DNA of 64,000 nt, from contig JAJDHA010000002.1 in assembly GCA_030265965.1 (NCBI GenBank), forward strand, positions 25,580-89,579, in the 5' to 3' direction. This document shows, piece after piece, positions 59,090 to 64,000 of the stretch. The notes under the pieces are model-generated. The model had not been told where the DNA came from, searched no databases, and was given only the letters and a program-made list of their open reading frames with translations. Numbering within the stretch: the first letter of the stretch is position 1; each line of letters opens with the position of its first letter. The stretch is from Odoribacter sp. OttesenSCG-928-L07. GTDB taxonomy: Bacteria; Bacteroidota; Bacteroidia; Bacteroidales; BM520. A program made the position numbers and the translations under genes.

Positions 59090-59851
59090 ATACTCATTGC
59101 TTTCGTAGCTACAATACTTGTAGGATGCAACAATGAAAAATATCCAATAGAAATTGAGATTACTACTATTGCACATGGCAAATTATCTCCGAATATAATG
59201 TTTCCTAAAAACGAATTTATTATTAAATCTCAATTAGAATGGAATGAGTTAATAACAAAAATGGAAGAAAGTTTTCTTAATCTTAGTAATAATAAAATTT
59301 TATCTATTACAAATGATTTCTCTAAAAATTACATTATTGCTGTTTTTGAAGTGCCAAAAACTTCTGGAGGTTGGTCAATTGATATTACAGAAGTCAAAGA
59401 ATATAAAAAAGACATTATTGTTACTATAAATAACCTACAAACAGGAAATGTTACTACTGTTTATGAACAACCATTTCATTTTATAAAAATACCTATTACA
59501 AATAAAAGAATTGTTTTTGAAGATAATACACAACAATACACTCTAAAACATAAACTTGTAGGAGAATGGGTTGAAGTTTATCCGTGCGAAAACTGCAATA
59601 TTTATGTGTTTTCAAAAAATGATACTATTTATTCATATAATATAAATACTAATGAGGATCACAAATTATATTATCATGCACTTAACTATAAAACAATTTT
59701 TGTTAAACGATTGTGGGATGTTAATCCGTTAATAGAAACAAGTACACATTTTGTTACTTTTTTGCCTAATGACACAATGATAATTGAAAAAACGAGAGTG
59801 ATTGACAACGAGGCGTCTGAATATGATTATCTTAAATTGTTGAAAAAATAA
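59075..59851 (+). CDS. Lipoprotein with a PrcB-like (protease-complex-associated) N-terminal domain (258 aa)
   Basis: Lipobox (ILVGC). IAVFEVPKTSGGWSIDITEV...VYEQPFHFIKIP resembles the PrcB C-terminal domain signature as I remember it. Confidence 0.6.
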   Translation: MKKLIILIAFVATILVGCNNEKYPIEIEITTIAHGKLSPNIMFPKNEFIIKSQLEWNELITKMEESFLNLSNNKILSITNDFSKNYIIAVFEVPKTSGGWSIDITEVKEYKKDIIVTINNLQTGNVTTVYEQPFHFIKIPITNKRIVFEDNTQQYTLKHKLVGEWVEVYPCENCNIYVFSKNDTIYSYNINTNEDHKLYYHALNYKTIFVKRLWDVNPLIETSTHFVTFLPNDTMIIEKTRVIDNEASEYDYLKLLKK

Positions 59852-59903
59852 AATATAAATACAAATTATTAACCAAAATTTAACAACTATGAAGAAACTA
59901 ATT
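59829..59903 (+). repeat. 75-bp cassette junction repeat, copy J2
   Basis: Same string as 59015-59089 with a single T/A difference. It spans the 3' end of one gene, the spacer and the first 5 codons of the next. Confidence 0.9.
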
Positions 59904-60563
59904 TTAATAATTATAGCAATTGCTTTCCTTTTAGCAAGTTGTACAAAACATGACGGTCCAACAACACAATGTAATTGTAACTTTACAGACTTTAGATATT
60001 ATCATGGAGAACAAGTTGAGTTAAGTGAAATACAGGATAAGTATATTCTTATTGGCATTGACACAACCTATACTGACAATCAAATTAAAAATTTCATTTC
60101 ATCAATAAAAGAATTTGACAAAAAGTATGTTTATACAATTCATACTTCTTCTCAATACAAATTCAAGGAAATTCCATTAAGATTTAAATTTCCTAAGACT
60201 TGTGAAGAGATAACGCAAATTATTTCTAATTTAGAAAAAAACGAAATAGTTGCTTATGCTCATTATACGATGAAAATTGACCATTGTTTAAATCTAATTG
60301 GGGAGCAGATGGGAGATTTGTGTGTAATAAGCTATGGGAGTAATTTCTATGTGAAAACTTATGATGAAAATAATTTGTTTGACTTAAATCAAATTATTTT
60401 GGAAACAAATACAGAATTTGTAAAACAAGTAATGCCACAATGGTTTGAGTTAAGAGCCACAAAAAAATCTAAAGGAGATGCTTTGAAAATGGCAAATTAT
60501 TTCTATGAAACAGGGCTTTTTGAAGATAGTGAACCAGGAATGTCAAGATATCCGGTAGAGTAA
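59889..60563 (+). CDS. Lipoprotein with a possible subtilase-propeptide/inhibitor-like C-terminal region (224 aa)
   Basis: Lipobox (LLASC). The C-terminal GDALKMANYFYETGLFEDSEPGM resembles the ...A..L..SGLFEYAEPN ending of propeptide-like domains of Bacteroidota S8 peptidases. This is tentative. Confidence 0.55.
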   Translation: MKKLILIIIAIAFLLASCTKHDGPTTQCNCNFTDFRYYHGEQVELSEIQDKYILIGIDTTYTDNQIKNFISSIKEFDKKYVYTIHTSSQYKFKEIPLRFKFPKTCEEITQIISNLEKNEIVAYAHYTMKIDHCLNLIGEQMGDLCVISYGSNFYVKTYDENNLFDLNQIILETNTEFVKQVMPQWFELRATKKSKGDALKMANYFYETGLFEDSEPGMSRYPVE

Positions 60564-60576
60564 GTTCACTTATATT

Positions 60577-60619
60577 AACAAAATACAACCAAAATTTAAC
60601 AACTATGAGGAAACTAATT
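60577..60619 (+). repeat. Partial third copy (J3) of the cassette junction repeat
   Basis: aaccaaaatttaacaactATGaGgaaactaatt matches J1/J2, and the upstream part is more diverged. Confidence 0.7.
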
Positions 60620-60964
60620 TTATTATTAGCATTACCGGCAATAATATTTGCAGGATGCGTAAAACAAAAAAATTGCGAAGGTTGCTTTACTGGCAGTTTC
60701 GTTTACTTTGAAACGCCAATTTATCCGGATGTCGGCGACGACATAGACGAACGTTTTCGTGATAAAAAAGCTACAGCAAAGTTTTTACCAGATGATGATT
60801 GTGGGTTAACTTCTTACCCTATTTTCTTTACAAATACAATTCCTAAAGATTATAGAAGCAAAGATACGTTAAGAGTTTGTTTAACTCGTGTGTTTTCAAG
60901 TGAACTGGATTTTATATTACCTGTGACATATGAAAAATTAACCTGTATAGAAAAAATTGATTAA
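60605..60964 (+). CDS. Small lipoprotein, paralog A2 (119 aa)
   Basis: It has the same signal peptide/lipobox/CVKQKNCEGC head and C(I/V)EKID tail as 58290-58625, with an unrelated-looking core. Confidence 0.7.
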   Translation: MRKLILLLALPAIIFAGCVKQKNCEGCFTGSFVYFETPIYPDVGDDIDERFRDKKATAKFLPDDDCGLTSYPIFFTNTIPKDYRSKDTLRVCLTRVFSSELDFILPVTYEKLTCIEKID

Positions 60965-61278
60965 TAAACGTTATAATTGCTGAATTAACATAAAAGATTT
61001 TTTGTTATAATATGTTAATTTTGTATTTTCATAGATTGCCACGTCGCTACGCTCCTCGCAATGACGCTAAACCGTGGCTTAATCCACTTTATCGGCTTTA
61101 TCGGCTTCTTCTACACGTTACAACCTCACGGTTGGCAAAAATACAACAAAGAATTTAGTTGTAAAAAGGTGATCGGATTTTTTGGAAAATTTATGGAATG
61201 AAAATTTTTATCAAAACATTTGGAATAATAAAATTTTTCTTATACATTTGCAGGTAATTATTTTAAAATTAAAAATTT
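60965..61278 (+). repeat. Conserved about 300-bp non-coding block, copy B
   Basis: Counterpart of 58626-58928: REP-like element at 61034-61078, a minus-strand TAnnTTTG box at 61136-61143 and a plus-strand TACATTTG box at 61243-61250. Confidence 0.85.
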
Positions 61279-62040
61279 ATGTACACATTAAAAAAACTAT
61301 TATTATTTACTTTGCTAATACAGATAATAATACCATTAGCGGCACAGAAGACTACTTACCACCCTTACAAAGAGCGTGATAAAATGGAATACAACGGATA
61401 TCAGTACCCATTATTTCCAGGTACGGAAGAGTGGAAAGCGTTACCTATTGATATTGATAGATATGCTCTTCTACAACTACCTGAAGATACTTTGTATGCA
61501 ATTTCTACATATAGGCTCTTAGAAACATGTTTATATTACCCTATGATGATTGATATATTTGGCTTTGATAATCAGATTATTGCATTTGGTTTATTAAGAA
61601 ATTATTTTAATGGACTAAATGAGCTCTTTTGTCGAGAAGATATTGTTTATTGTCTATTATCATATTATTTTAATCGTATTCCTGACAGAATAACAACATT
61701 GAACAATTCATATGATCGAGGAAAATATTCTCTTGATTTTATTATCTTAGAGATAATGATATATCAACCTGAAATAGTTTCACAATTAAATAATTCACAA
61801 ACAACACTATTGATTAAAGATGTTTTGCAAAAATTAAACCACTATTCTTCATTAAAACAATATTTTGGACAAATGTCTATTTCAATCCCCATTAATGTGT
61901 TGGGACAAATATTAATAAAAAATGGAACATTAACTAATGCATCAATAAGAACCGATTTAACTGAGTTTTTAAAGACAGGTTACTTAAGATATCCGGAAGA
62001 TTATGAGTTTGTTTTAAAACATGCTCAGAATATATTATAA
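61279..62040 (+). CDS. Secreted hypothetical protein (253 aa)
   Basis: Signal peptide MYTLKKLLLFTLLIQIIIPLAAQ. No family recognised. Confidence 0.6.
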   Translation: MYTLKKLLLFTLLIQIIIPLAAQKTTYHPYKERDKMEYNGYQYPLFPGTEEWKALPIDIDRYALLQLPEDTLYAISTYRLLETCLYYPMMIDIFGFDNQIIAFGLLRNYFNGLNELFCREDIVYCLLSYYFNRIPDRITTLNNSYDRGKYSLDFIILEIMIYQPEIVSQLNNSQTTLLIKDVLQKLNHYSSLKQYFGQMSISIPINVLGQILIKNGTLTNASIRTDLTEFLKTGYLRYPEDYEFVLKHAQNIL

Positions 62041-62069
62041 TTATATTGATTATTATTAACTTTAATTTT

Positions 62070-62849
62070 ATGAAAAAATATATGTTTCTCTTACAATTCA
62101 TTTTGTTTTTAGCTTTTTCTTGTGAAAAACCAGAACCAGAACAAAATATAAAATATTTATCCAAGATTCTTTCTGCAGATTCTTCCACTATCGTAGAAAG
62201 TTATACTTGGGATTCAAATAAACGTTTGATAACATACAATTCAGCAATAAATTACACCCTTAGTGAGCTTAATTTCCATTATGATTCTATAGGATATATT
62301 TACAAAATAGAGTATTGTGATTATGAATATAATTTGGGATATTATTTATTATTCTGGAATAATGAAAAAGAATTAGATTCTATAATTGAATTCACAACAG
62401 GATATAATAATGACAAGGAGTCAGTATATCCTATTCTTAAATATTCTTATTCATATAATAATAAACATGAGTGCATAAGGATAGAAAAAAAATTCTTACA
62501 AGATGTGGGTATAAATTATGATATTGATTATAATATCATATGGGAAGAAAATAATATAAAAAAGTTTTATGCCAATTCAACATCATTTGTAGCTGGCATA
62601 AATAACATAAAATATGATAAAAAACACAATGCTAGAATTGCTTTTCCCAAAATTATTTTATTCCATATTAAATCGATAGTTTACAATCCTTCTAATAATA
62701 ATTCTTTGCAAAATTATTATTATGACGTTAATAATGGAGATAGTTATATTAATTTTGAATATGATTATATTGATGACTATCCAGTTCGACAATATAGATT
62801 ATCAGAAAATGGAGAAAGGAAACTTTTATATTATTTTATATATGAATAA
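62070..62849 (+). CDS. Hypothetical lipoprotein (259 aa), Tyr/Asn-rich
   Basis: MKKYMFLLQFILFLAFSC lipobox. The ATG at 62070 is preferred to the track start at 62046. Confidence 0.6.
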   Translation: MKKYMFLLQFILFLAFSCEKPEPEQNIKYLSKILSADSSTIVESYTWDSNKRLITYNSAINYTLSELNFHYDSIGYIYKIEYCDYEYNLGYYLLFWNNEKELDSIIEFTTGYNNDKESVYPILKYSYSYNNKHECIRIEKKFLQDVGINYDIDYNIIWEENNIKKFYANSTSFVAGINNIKYDKKHNARIAFPKIILFHIKSIVYNPSNNNSLQNYYYDVNNGDSYINFEYDYIDDYPVRQYRLSENGERKLLYYFIYE

Positions 62850-62851
62850 AA

Positions 62852-64000
62852 ATGCAAACAATGAGAGTAAAAAAGATTAATTATAAATTGCTTCTAGTGT
62901 TGTTATTAACCAATATAATTTCCATAATATTTTTTAATATTAGATTATTCGCGCAAGATCCTAATTTCCGGTATATTAATTATTTTAAACCTAACGGCAC
63001 TTTTGCAAATTATGCTGCAGATGTTGAAGAAAATTTATCCATAGAACTTTTTGCCCATTTTTAAACATCCAAAAGATCAACTTCCAACATTCGCTGGACA
63101 ACTATCATTACAATACGGAACTTACCACTATTACAAACGCAACTACAGCATGTCTTTAACTGGGCCAGATTTGGTTACCAGTAGTGCAACATATACAGCA
63201 TCTTACACTAATGCTACATTCAACAGAATTTCTTGGAAAGTTGAACCTACTGAATTGTTTCAAGATTCTTCAGGTTATGGTCTAATAGCAAATCTTCAAC
63301 TTAAAACTAATCCTACTTATTTGGCAGATAGCGCAACAATAACATTTAAATTAGGTCATCAAGGTGGTGATAATAATTATCATGTGTCCAAACGTTTCGC
63401 CGTACAAATACCTACTTGTACTATTTCCGGCAGCGATGTTAAATCAGAAGGCTTTACTGTTAAACCCGATGCTACTGTTACTATTACCGGAACTATAAAA
63501 AATTATGAGAAAGCTATTATTAAAGTTCCTGTGTCTGCAACTTTAGTAGTAAATGGCGGCAAGCTTACTAATGGCACTACAAATAAAATGTGGCAAGGCA
63601 TCCGAGTAATCGGCAACAAAAACCTCGCACAAACACCCCAAAACCAAGGAACTGTAATCCTGCAAAATGGTGCAACTATAGAAAATGCTGTTATCGCAAT
63701 TGCAACATACGATGCTAATTCAAATGTTTCTTCCTCCGGCGGAATTATCCAAGCGGAAGACGCTACGTTTAAAAACAACGCAAACGCGGTAACATTCTGG
63801 GAATATCCGGCTTCACCCTCCGGTAGAATATCAAACAATCAAAGTTATTTTACAAGATGCAATTTTATTGTTGATGATAATAATCTGTTCTCGGCTAACA
63901 ACACCTCTTTCGATAATCACGTTTCTCTTTGGAAGGTTTATGGAATTAAATTTAAAGGTTGTAACTTCACTAATAATATGAGTAAAACAACGGATAAAAG
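62852..64000 (+). pseudogene. Secreted right-handed beta-helix (pectin-lyase-fold-like) protein, split by a +1 frame change at 63059-63064; 3' end beyond the window
   Basis: Frame A (62852-63064) encodes a signal peptide and 40 residues and stops at TAA. Frame B is open from 63045 to 64000 (KHPKDQLPTF...NGGKLTNGTTNKMWQGIRVIGN...GGIIQAEDATFKNNANAVTF...GCNFTNN), with repeated N/G-rich beta-helix rungs. It is not in the ORF track because it has no stop. Confidence 0.7.

Noticed and set aside
63503-63838. A 111-aa minus-strand ORF near the right edge.
   Set aside because: It is antisense to the long open plus-strand beta-helix frame (63045-64000), which has a far more protein-like sequence.

Overview
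This 64-kb window comes from a low-GC Bacteroidota-type chromosome. The assignment rests on T9SS C-terminal sorting domains, TAnnTTTG -7 promoter boxes in front of many genes, and PorT-like, GH3 and fused CcsBA gene content. Most of the window is housekeeping: tgt, lptF/G-type permease, MATE, ispE, kdsB, purE, a GH2 beta-galactosidase, birA, recA, nth, ogt, ExbB/ExbD/TonB, folC, tsaB, mreBCD, purH, recJ, dtd and anmK. There is also a four-gene porin/imelysin/di-haem/CcsBA cluster. No rRNA, tRNA, CRISPR array, transposase or integrase was seen. Two long ORFs that run off the window edges are missing from the ORF track: a GT2 glycosyltransferase at 1-1057 (-) and a beta-helix protein ending at 64000 (+). 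Several track ORFs carry false N-terminal extensions or are translations of repeats. Five things look unusual. (1) The AT-rich, same-strand array of signal-peptide/lipoprotein genes at 58.3-63 kb has 75-bp junction repeats, a mosaic segmental duplication and a chimeric gene remnant, so it looks like a recombining cassette array. (2) A dispersed family of GTGACNN heptamer tandem arrays occurs at eight loci, alongside other 7/8/9-mer arrays that fill many intergenic spacers and even supply stop codons. (3) A recurring module of tandem array plus GTAGAGACG...CGTCTC palindrome has one copy inserted in frame in the linker of ccsBA. (4) At about 56.0 kb, a gingipain-like peptidase gene and rsgA both lose their 5' ends at the same point. 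(5) A beta-helix gene is split by a +1 shift at TTT-TAA. No complete, recognisable defence or mobile system is visible. The cassette array and the repeat modules are the best candidates for something undescribed.
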